Origin: Chrysomallon squamiferum
Taxonomy: Eukaryota; Animalia; Mollusca
DNA length: 64,000 nt
Assembly (NCBI GenBank): GCA_012295275.1
Contig: CM022679.1
Span: 27,900,001-27,964,000 of the forward strand
Direction: 5' to 3'
Position 1 is the stretch's first letter. Each line of letters opens with the position of its first letter. Of this stretch, positions 1-15,200 are shown in pieces. A program made the position numbers and the translations under genes. The notes beneath the pieces were generated by a model. The model was not told where the DNA came from. It made no database searches and saw only the letters and a program-made list of their open reading frames with translations.

Positions 1-210
1 ATAAAAATAATAATAATAATAATAATGATAATAATAATAATATTAATAATAATGATAATAATAATAATATTATTAATATTAATAATAATGATAATAATAA
101 TAATAATAATATTAATAATAATGATAATGATAATAATAATAATTATTATAATACTACTGCTACTACTAATAATAATGATTATGATAATGATGATGATAAT
201 GCGATGATGT
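1..210. repeat. (AAT/ATG)n trinucleotide microsatellite
   Basis: Direct reading; it produces the poly-Ile ORF 25..207. Confidence 0.95.
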
Positions 211-701
211 TGATGGCAACAAGAACACACGTTTAAATGAAATTCAAAAATATTTTATCTTATTTAAGTTAATACAAATCTGAATAATAATAATTAAAAA
301 ATGCCTTTAAAATAATAAATCAATTAATTTTATTTAAAAAAAGAAGAAAATAATAAAGGATAAAGGAAAGAGAAATAAGAGATAACAAGAAGTAAAATCT
401 TTCAAGTCTAATTTCTGTCATATCCAGGTTAGTTTCCTAAATTATTTTACTTGAGTGAAAATGAATACGAAATAAGAATAACTAAGACAAAGAAAAGACA
501 CACAAAAAACGAAAAGGAAAACAAGTTGTTTGAAAGATAACAATATATTAGATAGATACAAGTTATTAACAATTTTTCTTGTTTTTGTGATACGCTTTCT
601 TCCTGTTTTTAAAAAGAAAATGTCTTGTTATTGATTTTTCACTAAGTTTAACTTGCTGTCATTTAATTTGCTTGTAATTGTGCTATTCGAGAAACGTGCT
701 A

Positions 702-830
702 TAAGTCGAATTCGAGTATTGTGTTTCATATGAAAAACGTGTAAGCGAATTCGAGTAATGTGTTTCATACGAAAATAATTAAGTCGAATTCGAGTACTGT
801 GTTTCATACGAAACATGTGTAAGCCGAACT
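702..830. repeat. ~39-40 bp tandem repeat, ~3 copies (aagtcgaattcgagtattgtgtttcatacgaaa...)
   Basis: Three consecutive copies of CGAATTCGAGTA..GTGTTTCATA.GAAA. Confidence 0.85.
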
Positions 831-1061
831 GACGGGAAGAAAAAAAATGTTTTATTACAAGTTATCAGTGATTACAAAAAAATAAAATATATTTAAATAA
901 GAAACCAGAAGAAACTAAGATACATAGATACATACGTATATACAAACACACATACATACATACATAAATATTAACACATGTATATACATACACACACACG
1001 CACACACACCAACACACACATATCTATATGTAGATATAAACATAGATATATAGATGTGTGT

Positions 1062-1132
<71 letters not shown>

Positions 1133-2530
1133 CATTGTTTCAGATTTCTCAGAAGAGTTAGTTACGTATACATTTACGGCTCAGTTTGAAATGTCAGATT
1201 GGACGAGTTCGGGCACAAAGATCTTGCTAAAATATTTGATTTTCGAGAAGGTTCTCGACATTTCAAAATGAAAAGGTCGTCCAGGCGCACGCTGCAGCCG
1301 CCGCCGTGGAGGTCGCAGATTCCGCCAATTTGTAATAATGGCGGTCTTTGCACATCCTACGTTGTAATGCTTCTTCTCGCCTCCAGCAAGAAAAAAGATT
1401 TTGGTGAAAAAAATGAGTCACGACATGCAGCCTATAAAACCTGTCAATTCCTGTCATTGTAAAGAAAAAAAAAGTAATGCAAGAGAGAAAAAAAAATTGC
1501 ACTTTTTGTGTCAATTAAAATATTCAGATACACTTATTAGTATATTTGAAATGAAGACACACGCACACACATACACACGTATCGACACAAGTGCGTCACA
1601 TTAGCGCAGATTATAATGCATAATGTAGACTTAATATGTCGCGTACAAGTATAATTATGTAACAATTATGTACGGTGCAGTTAAATGAACAATCTTAGAC
1701 TATTTACTTTTTGTTAGTTATTTGACATTTTTAAGTTTTCAAATGAGGATGCCAGACATTATATATATATATATATATATAGGAAGAAATAAGCAGTTCG
1801 TCAACATGCGAGACGTATAATTATATAACGTTTAACAACGTGTTGAAGGGCACTGACTGGAACGGGAATTATTGTTTTAAAATACATTCTGGTTCAAAGT
1901 GATGATAATATAATCGTACTGAGTTGTTTTATTGGCTGTTTCTCTGTGTTTTTGCACGCTGTCTTAAACGTGAATTAAATATGTCTCCAGTAACAGGACG
2001 CACACTTCAGTCCTTCTCGGGAAAGGTCGTTGATAAACGAGTGTAGCAAATTGGTACTTGAGTACGTACGGACCAAGTTAGTAATGACTAGGCTAATTTA
2101 ACACACGTTGTCTTCTTGAAAATAACAACGAACAAACCAGACATACTTTATTAAGAGAAACACAAGCGTGATGTGCAATATATTATCTGTTAAAAACAGA
2201 CACTAGACAGTTTTTGTCTTGTTAAAGAGTCGTTCGTTTGTCTAGCGTTTGTTGTCAAACGCTGTGTCACGTGGTTCATTTCAAGTCGACATTCGATTAA
2301 TATGGTTGTTTAAAATCTGCTTAATGTAATAAGTTACATGAAGTTTGTAAAACAGAAAGATCGCTTATTTACCAACTTGTCTCATGTTAGTAGTTCACTG
2401 ACGTCATATTTAAGTTGTCACCCACTGCTGTTACGCTTTAAACTACTGTAAATTGTGACTAAGTGACGTCATAATTAAACAACTGTAAGTTCTCGTTAAC
2501 GTCACACTTTAAGCAGTTATAATTCTCTGA

Positions 2531-2845
2531 CATCACACGTAAAACAGTTGTATCATTAACTTACGTCACACGTAAAACAGTTGTATCACTAACTTACGTC
2601 ACACGTAAAACAGTTGTATCACTAACTTACGTCACACGTAAAACAATTGTATCACTGACTTACGTCACACGTAAAACAGTTGTATCACTAACTTACGTCA
2701 CACGTAAAACAATTGTATCACTGACTTACGTCACACGTAAAACAGTTGTATCACTAACTTACGTCACACGTAAAACAACTGTATCACTGACTTACGTCAC
2801 ACGTAAAACAGTTGTATCACTAACTTACGTCAGACGTGAAACAAT
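2531..2845. repeat. 33-bp minisatellite, ~9 copies (cgtcacacgtaaaacagttgtatcactaactta)
   Basis: Near-identical head-to-tail units with no unique spacers. Confidence 0.95.
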
Positions 2846-3528
2846 TGCAAATAACAAATACAAAATTGTTCGTAATTTCGCAGTATTTCTGTCTGCTTTA
2901 GCGTGCAATAAGAAAATAAATAAATAAATAAATAAATAGAAAGGGAAAAACAGAATTGAAAAAAATTTGAAAGAAAAAGAAACATAAATGAAAATCGAAA
3001 ATGATATAATATAACACTGTGTACATTTCTGTCAATCAGTTAAGAAGCAAGAAATCAACAGAACAGGTAAATAAATAATTAAATAAACGAATAAGTAAGA
3101 TGACAAAACTGGGTCACTTTCTCCCGTGACCTACTTGTTTAAAGGACGTGAGCGCTCATTTGAATATTTCACTTTCACGTGTTTCCGTTGCGCGAAATCC
3201 ACGTGACAAAACAGTAAAAGTGGCAAACCTTTTTCTTCTTTTTTTTCTCATAAATTTAACTATGTAAACATAAATGGCATCTTGTTTTACTGACACTTTT
3301 AAAATGGATTACAGGACGATTATGTGTTATTTATTTTGCAGATCAAAGGTGAAAAGGAAACTGAAATGTATTCAATTGTTCATTAAACGAAATTAAAAAC
3401 GATTATCTTTATTTTGTAATTCAGAGAAAACGTAGATGTTATTGGTCTAAATGTAAGATGCTGTGAAATATGTTTACATGCATTTACATAAGCATAAAGA
3501 GTCCAGTACATGCATTAATATATGCACG

Positions 3529-3574
<46 letters not shown>

Positions 3575-3894
3575 CATGCACCAACAAACACATATGCACG
3601 TCTAAACATACAAATATTCAGTAGAGACACATACAACATATGGAAACAAACATGATGAGATTTGCTGAAAATAACAAAATAATTCTGTCTCACACATTTA
3701 TAAATGTAATGATTTTCCAACCTGGAATATTTTGACGCGCCGCTTCGACAAGAGCGACACCTGGTGTCACTTCCTGTCATGTGAAAAATGAGGAAGTATA
3801 ACAACGTCATCATGGAGGTGCGTCATTCATCGCTGTCAGTGAACGGAGGCAGCAAACAGCAGAGGTGACGACCTCTCCGCGTACACAGGAGACT

Positions 3895-5205
3895 GGATTA
3901 ACTAGCTTGTTTCTAGTCGTATCACATTAACTGACTTGTTTCTAGTCGTATTTAACTGACTTGTTTCTAGTCGTATCACATTAACTAGCTTGTTTTAGTC
4001 GTATCACACTTTGTTTCTAGTCGTATCACATTAACTAGCTATCACATTAACTAGCTTGTTTCTAGTCGTATCACATTAACTGACTTGTTTCTAGTCGTAT
4101 CACATTAACTGACTTGTTTCTAGTCGTATCACAATGCATTAACTGACTTGTTTCTAGTCGTATCACAGTAGATTAACTGACTTGTTTCTAGTCGTATCAC
4201 ATTAACTGACTTGTTTCTAGCCGTATCACATTAACTGACTTGTTTCTAGTCGTATCACAATGCATTAACTGACTTGTTTCTAGTCGTATCACAGTATGCG
4301 TTTCACAATACATTTCTAGTCGTATCATTAACTGATTTCTAGTTGTATCACAGTACATTAACTGATTAACTAGCTTGTTTCTTGTATCACAGTACATTAA
4401 CTGAGTCGTCTAGTCGTATCACAGTAGATTAACTAGCTTGTTTCTAGTTTCTAGTCGAACTGACACAATGCATTAACTGACTTGTTTCTAGTCGTATCAC
4501 AGTAGATTAACTGACTTGTTTCTAGCTGTATCACAATACATTAACTGATTTTTTCTAGTCGTATCACAGTAGATTAACTGACTTGTTTCTAGTCGTATCA
4601 CAGTAGATTAACTGACTTGTTTCTAGTCGTATCACAGTACATTAACTGACTTGTTTCTAGTCGTATCACAGTACATTAACTAGCTTGTTTCTAGTCATAT
4701 CACAATACATTAACTAGCTTGTTTCTAGTCGTATCACAGTACATTAACTGACTTGTTTCTAGTCGTATCACAGTACATTAACTAGCTTGTTTCTAGTCGT
4801 ATCACAGTACATTAACTGACTTGTTTCTAGTCGTATCACAGTACATTAACTGACTATTTTCTAGTCGTATCACAGTACATTAACTAGCTTGTTTCTAGTC
4901 GTATCACAGTACATTAACTGACTTGTTTCTAGTCGTATCACAATACATTATCTAGCTTGTTTCTAGTCGTATCACAATACATTAACTAGCTTGTTTCTAG
5001 TCGTATCACAGTACATTAACTGACTTATTTCTAGTCGTATCACAGCATATTCACGAGTTTGTTTCTAGTCGTCTCACAGAACTTTCATTGTAGAATCACA
5101 ATAAATTCACTGGCTTATTTATCGTTTGTGCTACAGCGCATACATTGACTTGTTTATAATCGTATCACAGGCCACTGACTGACTTGTTTACAGTCGTATC
5201 ACAGT
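3895..5205. repeat. 34-bp minisatellite, >30 copies (attaactgacttgtttctagtcgtatcacagtac)
   Basis: Head-to-tail units with shorter ~29-bp variants at the 5' end and degenerate units after ~5040. Confidence 0.95.
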
Positions 5206-5254
5206 ATATAAAAAAACAGAAGTATTTGGAAAAAGCAATTTTTACTTATAGAAC

Positions 5255-5560
5255 AAATATCTATGTTAATTTGTATTACTGTATATCTATATTAATTTGT
5301 ATTACTGTATATTGTATTGATATATTACCTTGTATGAGTCTCTATGTTGTATCGATAGATTAACTAGTGTGTTTGTTTATTGTATTCATATATTAACTTG
5401 TATGACTGTATGTTGTATTGATATATTAACTTGTATGACTGTATGCTGTATTGATATATTAACTTGTGTGACTGTTGTATTGATACATTAAATTGTATGA
5501 CTGTATGTTGTATAGATATATTAACTTGTATGACTGTATACTGAACTGTTATATTAACTT
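5255..5560. repeat. 33-bp degenerate minisatellite (ttgtatgactgtatgttgtattgatatattaac)
   Basis: About 7 recognisable tandem units. Confidence 0.85.
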
Positions 5561-5605
5561 GCGTGTGTTTACATGCATTTATTGTGTATATGTGTGTGAT
5601 TATGT

Positions 5606-5695
<90 letters not shown>

Positions 5696-8254
5696 AAGTT
5701 GTATACATTATTTCAACCATATAAAACTCACAGAAAATTGAAAATTTCCATTATTCTAGTCAGGGCAAAATTCCTTTTAAATTGTCGTAAAATCTAAATA
5801 TATAACGAGATAGGTCAGAGAAAATGGAGCTGTTCTTCATTCTGATCGATATTTTTGTTTTCTTCTGGCAAATTACTGAAAATGGGTCCATTTGTGCCGT
5901 GTATTTATGGCAATGTAAACATGCAGGCAATGCCAGTAAAACTTAAAAGTACTAAAACACTGAACATAAAATTACGATAAGTTAAATACTCTGCTAAAAG
6001 CATTGCTAAGTAACGGTTCAATTCACTCTGTTTTACAGCCAGCTAAATATCAACGTGCATAACAGCTGAACAGGTAAAAAGCAAATCTACATCTTTTTCC
6101 TCTTTACCTATGTAAATGATTTGTTTAGTCTTTAAAAGATATAAAAAAATATATTTTAACATTGAAGAAAGCGACACATTTGTTTTCACATTTTACTCTT
6201 TTTACAAATTCAGTTAACTTTTCACCTTCATCATCTCTACCACCACCACCACTACTACTACTACACTACGACTACTGCTGTTGCTGCTGCTGCTGCTACT
6301 ACTACTACTACTACTACGCTTCAAATCTAAATTGGATTTTTTTGGTTTACACAAAGATTTTATTCAAAAGATATAAAATATAAATCTCTATTCCGATAGA
6401 AACAATATCCACTCCATGAATTCCTTTATGTCTACGGTTTCTGTTTGAAGTCTATCGACATCTTTGCGATTAAAGACATAACTGACTTCAAAGACATCAG
6501 TTTTTGCATCATTTCAAAACGAATCTCGTTACAGCCGTGCTACTACTACTACCACTACTATCACCATCACCACTGCCATTACAACGACAACGACAGCAAC
6601 AACAACAACAACAGCAGCAGCATTACTAATACTACCATCGTAGCACTTACTAGTGATATTATTACTGTGGCAAGTACAGTCAGCAAGGCGACTGAAGATA
6701 GGTATACTCACTTTGATGAAATGCATGTTAATTATAATTAACGATAGCAGAAGAAAATAAAACTAAGGTAGAGGAAAAAAGCAGAAAAAAGATGTAAGTG
6801 AAGGGAAATTTGTCTTTCCTAACACTTTCCTAAGTGAATTTTACGACCACACTCACAGTTATCAGTTTCAATTGAGACCAACCAGTGTTGTTATTCGACT
6901 GGTAAAATGGCGCATTTACAAAGCAAACTGTACGTGACAGAAGGCAAATAAAATCAAACCTCTCCACTTGGAACAGCAAATTTCAATTAAAAGTCAAGTA
7001 TGTGTCCGAGATGAGATTTTTATCATAAATGAAAATTTGCATGAACAAGATACAAGTAGGGAAATGGACAGAAATCTATTTAACATAGGAGTGCGTGCAT
7101 TTTGTCAGCCGCGGGAATATCGATGATATTCGCGTCTTCACACTCTGAAGAGCTCTTTGGCCACGGGGAGACAAGCTGCACCGCTGTTTCAATAAGAGAG
7201 CGCCGTAACCTTTAAAGACAGAAAACCGATCATCATGTTAGAAGTGCTCTGTTTTTGATTTGTGAGAAACAACAACAAACACATCACCAGCACCCTTTCT
7301 GTTTTCTGTGTGAGACACACCAGTAATATATGTACTATATTAACCTCTGACATTTTCAGTTTTACTAGATCTACATATCATCACTCTTCGTCTCAGTCTT
7401 CCGTTTGTTTCCTCTTTTTCCTATTTTGTTTTATTTATTTTCTTAATTCTTTTACTTTTTTTCACACATATCTTTCTTCATTTTTCTTTCTTTTGTTTTC
7501 TTTCGCAGTGCTTTGAATGCAAGAAAATTTATGTGATATTAAAAAATAAGTGAAATAAAAAAGAGAAAATAATACAGCAAAAAAAATATAATTATAACAA
7601 TAATACAAATAAACGCAAAAAACGAAAACAAAAGAAACAAACAACAAAATAAAAATAAATAAATAAATAAAGAAAGAAATTTTAAAAATCAAATCAGCAA
7701 CATAAAAGTAACTACAAATTTTGTTCTTTGTTTTTTACTAATTGTAAAGACTCTGAGAAATCCCATGATTTTAAATGCACATCTCTGTACATAACTGAGT
7801 TCATGAGAATATCTGTATTTAGCAGTTATAACACATCGTTATGTACAAGGGAATTCTGCTGCTTGACTTGTATTGATCAAAATCTGTCATTTGATGGAAC
7901 CAAGTGTTGAACTGAGATAAGAGAAAGGCAGAAATCAGAAATCTATAAGTGATTCTATGAGAAGAGGACAAAATAACAGCCTGGAGGATAATACGTTTGT
8001 TGAGGCCAGTTCATTGCTGACCCCCCATACATGATCTTTACAGGCCCGAGGGTTAACTTAACCTTGTACCCTGGACGTTTCACTCCAATCATTGCTAAAG
8101 ATGTCCAAGTTAATATTAAGATTCCAAATCGCTTCAAGGAATGTGTACCCAATCTCTCGTGACGTCACGCTATTTGGCACTGATATGATTGTAGGAGATT
8201 ATAAAAGCCGTTATTCGTCTTCTTTTTTGTAGCGTCACCATTTCTCCCGATTGT

Positions 8255-8387
<133 letters not shown>

Positions 8388-8419
8388 GTGACTTTAATAT
8401 ATTCCTGAGAGTCAACGTA

Positions 8420-8680
8420 TCGTTACTTTAAAATGTTTACTGAAAGACTAGATCTGACTTTAATATGTTTACTGATGGACTACATGTCGTTACTTTAAAA
8501 TGTTTACTGAAAGACTAGATCTGACTTTAATATGTTTACTGATGGACTACATGTCGTGACTTTAATGTGTTTACTGAAAGACTAGATGTGACTTTAATAT
8601 ATTTACTGATGGACTAGATGTCGTGACTTTAATGTGTTTACCGATAATCTACATGTCGTGATTTTAATATGTTTACTGAG
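8420..8680. repeat. Dimeric higher-order tandem repeat (~31+34 bp subunits)
   Basis: Alternating tttaaaatgtttactgaaagactagatctgac and tttaatatgtttactgatggactacatgtcgttac units. Confidence 0.85.
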
Positions 8681-11600
8681 AGTGAACGGCTGTCAAATAT
8701 ACGAAATCTTATATCTTCATCTTTAGTAAATTTTTCTGTTTCTTACTTCGTTACTTTCCTGATATTTTTCATTCATTCTTTGTTTACTAATTTTTTTTTA
8801 ATTTTTTTTTTTATTTCTTTCTATGCTTCTTCTTCATATTCCTCGACTTCTTCTTTTTCCTTAAAAGAAAACACAGATGGACGATGGTTTAAAACATGAT
8901 ATCTTGACCTCTTTTGTAAAATTGTTGTTATTGCTATCATCTGCTGTTTTAACTGTACACAGTATCTCATGTTGACACGCTGATGATCTGCTACTGATGT
9001 GTTGCTGACGCTGCTGACGTGTCACTGATACTAAAGTTATAGAAGTTTCACACAAACGCAACTGTCATAGATTAATTACAAACCGTGTGCTCAGTTTCTC
9101 TGCAGTTCCTGTTGTTAACAAAATATCGGGTTGCACAGCACCATTTGTGTTGAGATAAAGACTGAGATAAGCACTACAGAGAGACATCCAAGCTGCTTTG
9201 AAAGGCGCTGAATATGTTTGATACGTTTCTCGTTTTTTTTTTTTTTTTTTTCATAATTAAAAAAAAAAGGATATACATTTTGAAATAAACTGTAAACTCC
9301 TTCATTTCTCCTATTTGTACATGTATATTTTACAGTTAACTTAGAACAAAAACACATGGACAAAAACAACAGCAACAACAGTAATAAGAATCTGCTGCTA
9401 AAAATAAAGAAAACAGTTCGTATTAACAGAAATAAAATGTAGTAACTTATTGCAAATGCACCGTTTCTATTTAAATATTTATTAAATACTATATTCTGTG
9501 TAATGTTAATAAAAAAAAGAAAAAAAAAAGAAAACGAAAATTGGCGAAAAGATGTGATAATGAATTCATTGAGCCTAATATGTAATGTTTCTCCTCATCA
9601 TTAAGTGGCACCAGATCAGTGACACAGAGAAAACAGACAAGAAAACATTGACTTAATCATTTTTTTATGACAAAATAACATTTCGTCAATACACCAACAG
9701 TTGTTTACACTTCGATATTCTTTTCAAATTGAGCAGTCAAAGATAGCAATCAGACTTAATGTTACATGCTGCAGAAAGACTGCCACACACATATAAATAA
9801 AGAAGACAGCGGATTTGATGAGATAGTCCCAACTTTGAAATGATAAATGAGAGAGAAATAGATTTGTGCTTCTCCTCTTTCTCTACAAATTGTGTCCATT
9901 TTTCTCATGTCTGCTTGAAAGGTACGATAATACATAGTGGTCAGTTTCAATAAAATAAAATAAATAAATAAATAAATAAATATATATATATATATAAATG
10001 GATTGTTAAATAAACAACAGATACCGACAGACATGCGTTTAAATAGATATATAGATAAACAGGAGGGTAGAAATATAGATAGAGAAATAGATAGATTAGA
10101 CAGATGGATAGATAAAGAATAAATATACAGAACATAATAAATAAACAAATTGATGTTTGAAGCTGGATAAATATTTGCATTTAATTACTTTTTTCATTGT
10201 TTATTATTATTTTTTTTTATTATTTATTTATTATATTTATTTATTTTGTGTTTTGTCTGTTATTATCGCTTTACCATATATATAAAAAAAAAAATTCATG
10301 AAGCAGTTGGCATAAATTATTTTAAATAAATAAATACATAAATAAAAAAATAAATAAGTAAATCAAATCAAATCAAATCAAATAAAAGCAACAACAAAAC
10401 AAGAACAAGTTTTTCTAAGTCGTGTTTATGAAATATGCTTAAGATGAAAAACGATTACTTGTTACAAGAACAATTTTCGTGCAGTTCCGTGATTAACGAA
10501 GAAAAACGATAACTCGTTATGAGGTCGATCTTCGAACTGTTCCGTGATTAACGACTTGACTATTTTTCTATCAAGAAAACCAGTGAGCCGCCGAGAATTT
10601 ATGAAGAGAATCTCAGAAAGAAAACTGTGAGTCGAGACCATTACAATGGATTTGTGGGTTACTATGGAGCACTGAGAATAATCGGGGACAGATCTAATCT
10701 TTATGTGGGTGAGGTATCTGTGAGGTCTTTAGAGACATAAAATACTTAATTTACTTTTTATTATGGTACAGAGGATCATGGGATTGATTCAGCTTCCTGA
10801 TGTTCACTTAAAATAAAAACAAACAAACAGAAACACACCAATAAATAAATAAATTAATTAATTAAATGCTCATTCAAATCATGTTATATGATTCTTCTAT
10901 CTTAAATATAATAAAGATAAAAATTCACTAGATATATTCTTACTTCTAGATCTAATAAACCGAATATAATTTTACGAATTATCTTGTTTGAATGTACCTT
11001 TATTTATAAAGTATATAGATACTGAAATTTTATCGTTCCTGCAAAACACTTTGTTTGAAAACATCATTTGTATTTGCCTCTATTATACTGTAAATTGTCA
11101 TTCAAGTGAAACAATTTTAACAAATCATGTCGTGTGAACACATCTTTATTTTATTTTTGTCTCCATTGTACCGTGATTTGACAATCAAGTAAAATTATAT
11201 TTACAAATTATGTTGTGTGAACACATCTTTATTTGTAATTGTCTCATCTGACAGTAAATCACACACTTAGTTTCTCTCTGTTTAGTTGTGATTGATGACC
11301 TGTTTATTTTCCTATTTGTCAGTGAAATAAGCTAAGTTATGAATTACTTTTCACTTCATTTGAAAAGCATTGGGAAGAGAGAGACGAAAGTAATTGAACA
11401 TTTTGACTTACAATGAAATATTATCCAGAGGAAACTAATAGAATATTCTGTGATTTTTCATTACTTTTAGCACAATCTATAGTAAATAAATAAATAAATA
11501 AATAATGAATGAATGAATGAATGAATGAATTAATTAATTCATTCATTTATTCGTGAAGTAAACGTTGTGTTTTCCGAATCAAATTTACCGAAATGAAAAA

Positions 11601-11779
11601 GAAACATGTATACAAAAATAAAGGAGGACTTTGTCAGTGGATCAATTGTAATCTACACAGCAGATGTTTGTCTAAAAGATGTTCACTTTGAAATCTCATG
11701 ATCGAATGTCTGGTCACGAGAAAATTTCTCTTTATCTGTTCATGCGTCTCTCAGTCGTTCTTTCAAATTGTGCTTCACT

Positions 11780-12200
11780 CAGGCGGGAGCTCAAGGGTTG
11801 GAATGAATGAGATATGAGATATGATCCTGTAGACTGTCGGATCAAATCCACCACGGTACAATCATTTGTCAAAACGTATGACAGGAGATTTCTTGTACGT
11901 ACACGAAGACACTCTTGCTACTAGTGATTTGTTTTTAACTTTGTGTATGACGTCATATAACTATATTACGAGTGTGCTACTGGTCTTTTACTTTGTCCAT
12001 GACGTCATTCAGTTGTAGATTACCAGTATGCTATTAGTTTTTACCCTTGCGGGTAACGTCATACGAGTTGGATATTATGAGTTTGTTACTGATATATAAA
12101 ATGACGTCATGCAACTGCTATTAAGGTCTTTAGCCTTCTGTATAACTCAAGTGAAGATTACAAGAGTGCTGAGTGTATCGTTAAACAAAACATTCACTGT
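11780..12200 (+). mobile_element. Decayed tRNA-derived SINE-like element with internally repeated 3' segment
   Basis: Has a ggcgggag head, a ggatcaaatcc B-box-like motif, a tail gtgctgagtgtatcgttaaacaaaacattc and four internal (tg)acgtcat segments at roughly 50-55 bp spacing. It resembles a common gastropod SINE as I recall it; not database-checked. Confidence 0.4.
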
Positions 12201-15200
12201 AAACATTCAGTACTGCACAGCACTCACGCAGTTCTTTCTATCTGTGATTCGGCGCTGTTTCGTCCTCTGTCGTCAAACATGATAATCGATTGACGTTGAG
12301 AAAACGCGGATCAGTGAGATGAAAACAGTTTAGACAGTTTGGAAACTGAAAGCCTTCCACGACGCCATATAATCGAAGATGTGCCAGAGAACAAATGGTA
12401 AAAGCTATTGAATGGCTGGAAGTGCGTGCCATTTCAACAGAGAACAAAGAAATGAGACCAGCTCCGTTTATGAGTTAGAATAGAGTTCATTTCTAAGACT
12501 CTGACTTAAGCTAATGGGTGTATAAAAGGAGACTGTTAATAAGCGCTATGACACAGGTCGCTAACGTGTAATTTGTCTATGTTTAATGTAAAGCTGGACG
12601 TTCTCTCCATGTACTTGCTTCAAAAGCCACGGGCGAGGACCGGTGATATGAAAATATTGACACAGAGGTTAATAAGAAGGATATTGACAGAATGGTTAAT
12701 GGAAAAAATAAACGTGCAACTTGAAATAGAATATTTTGTATTATACGTAATCCTCTCACGTTCATCTGTAAGGAACTGATTTGTTGTAACGTCTTTTTTG
12801 TAACGTTTGACGTCTTATTTTTGTCTTTTTTTTCTGTTTTCAACCCAATATATTTGTAGTAATGCCTGACGTTCTTGTTGTAATACTAGACTTTCTTCTT
12901 ATAACAAAATGACGTTGTTGTAAGGTCTGACGTTCATTTTGTGACGACTATTGTTTATCTTGTACCGGACGGAGTCGGACCTGAATTTTCACTTGTAAAA
13001 CAATAACGTTGTTTTAATTCCTGAGCTTTTTGTTTTAATTCCTGAGGTTTTTGTTTTTATGAAAGAGGTTGTTGTAATGATCGAGGTTGGACTTTTAAGT
13101 AACCTTCTGTAAAGAGCGAATTTATTGTAGCAAGAAACGTTTGTCTTGTAATATTATTTTTATTTAATCATAACTGGCGATCCATTTGATCATGTTGTAA
13201 CGGTTTAGGTAAACCCTGTCGATTTTGTAACTCTGTATTTTATATATCTGAAATATATACATATGACATTTCTACAACAGTTGCTAGAAATCTGTTATTA
13301 CTATGCTCCTGCCACTGTTATAATTGTATTACTCCTTCTTCTATTACTCCTTGTATTACTCCTCCTTCTCCTTATACTACAACTACTACTACTATTGTTA
13401 TTAACATTATTATTATTATTATTACTATTATTATTATTATTATTATTATTGTTGTTGTTGTTGTTGTTGTTGTTGTTATTGATATTACAGTTAGTATAAT
13501 TTCTAATGATACTACCACTATTACTAATTTTACTGTTGCTGCTATAACCAGTATATTTTTAGTAAGAACTACCACGACTAGCACTGCTACTGGTACAGTT
13601 GTTACGCTCTTGTACTTAAAACTTTTAGCATCGTCGTAAAAAGTGAAATGAACTTGATTTAAATTTGTCTGGGTGAAATGAATTAATATGTGTTGTCTGA
13701 CGAATTAATCATTGATAAAAAAAAAATTAAAAAAAAAGTTCCAGCAACAACAACAATGATTTATTCAGTTGAATAGATAAGATATATGATGTATTTTTAC
13801 TACATCAGCGTGACAGATATAAAATAATGGGATAAATAAAATATGATGATTATGCAGACCAATGACATGTACGAAGATGTTGAACATAGTGCTGAGAAAT
13901 AATTGTATTAATTACCATGACTGCGATACGTACACTTATGTGAGCTACACGGACTAGGTAATTATGTACAGTGTTGAAACAGACAAAGAGTTGTTAAGTT
14001 TACCGTCTGTCTTCACAGAAACGTGGCGGTCAGAGTCAGTCAGTACAGAACGCAGTACCAGTTCCGTTTCAGTTGTCCTTTCAATCATTTCCAGTTCCAA
14101 CCACTGTACCCTATAGGTTTACTAAAACAGATGACAAAATTAATTTTATGTGAAGTACAAAATGAGTGGTGCTCGAGTTGATATGAAATGACTACTCTGA
14201 TTTGCCTCTGAGATTTCACCTCTGCACGGTTACATTAGTCACTCAAGAAAATTACGTGTAATGTATTCTCAGCGGCAGATCCACAGTGCATTAATGTTTG
14301 ACTGATCAGTCTGCCGTTGTTTGATTAGAATAAAAAATAACAAACATCATAATACTGTTTGAAAAAGAGTCTGACAGATGGCGTGCTGGCGAAGTTCAAA
14401 ACATTTCTTTGTTTCTATTACATCTGAACAAACATTAATGTCGACAACACAGGAAAAGTATAAACATATTTTCATTATCGCAGTTTAATAAATCTACTCT
14501 TGTCTCGTGTACGTCTCTTGCTGCATTCGAAATTAATATGCATTAGTAAAGAAGACGAGATGTATTTTAATTCAATAAATAGTTAGTTTTCATTGAAATC
14601 GTCCTACGTGTTTTTGATCCGTGATTCAGGTCACGTTCACGTAGTATTCCGACTTGAACTAACTGTTGTTTTCCTAGTTTGTGTACGTACTGTCTTCATT
14701 TACTGAATATTCGAGGCAGGTCACCTCTGTTTAGTTAATGCTTATTGCCGAGAAATATCTTTTCTATATTTCACCCATTATTATATCTCCCATTCTAGCA
14801 AGTACTCCTCCTACCACAGGTTATGTATATACTGGTATGTGTCAGATTTGTGTACGCTGCTAATCGATGAATTATCTTTATAACAATCGCAGTACGCTTC
14901 TTTTTTTTTTTTTTTTTTTGTGGTCGCTAAAGAAAATGCAAGGACATTTCATATTAAAATTCTGCCGACGTACATTTTTTAAATTTTTTATACATTAATG
15001 ACATTTTTCTACAGAACAGAGCTGTGACTGAAAACTCGAGTGAAAAACTCACTAACAGCTGCTGTCCACAGCCAACACGTGTAGTTAGCGTCACTTGTCG
15101 TGGCCGTGTGACTCTAAACGTTGTTATCGCAGACGTTATTTGTGTGCACGACGCTGGCAGCATTCTTGGTGTCGTTCATTAAGCACCATACATAGTATAT

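Noticed and set aside
2531-5205. 33-bp and 34-bp repeat arrays as CRISPR arrays
   Set aside because: Units are head-to-tail with no unique spacers, there are no cas genes, and the context is eukaryotic.
7955-8152. Complex-looking short ORF on either strand
   Set aside because: No recognisable motif or convincing splice context; may be a TE fragment but cannot be supported by eye.
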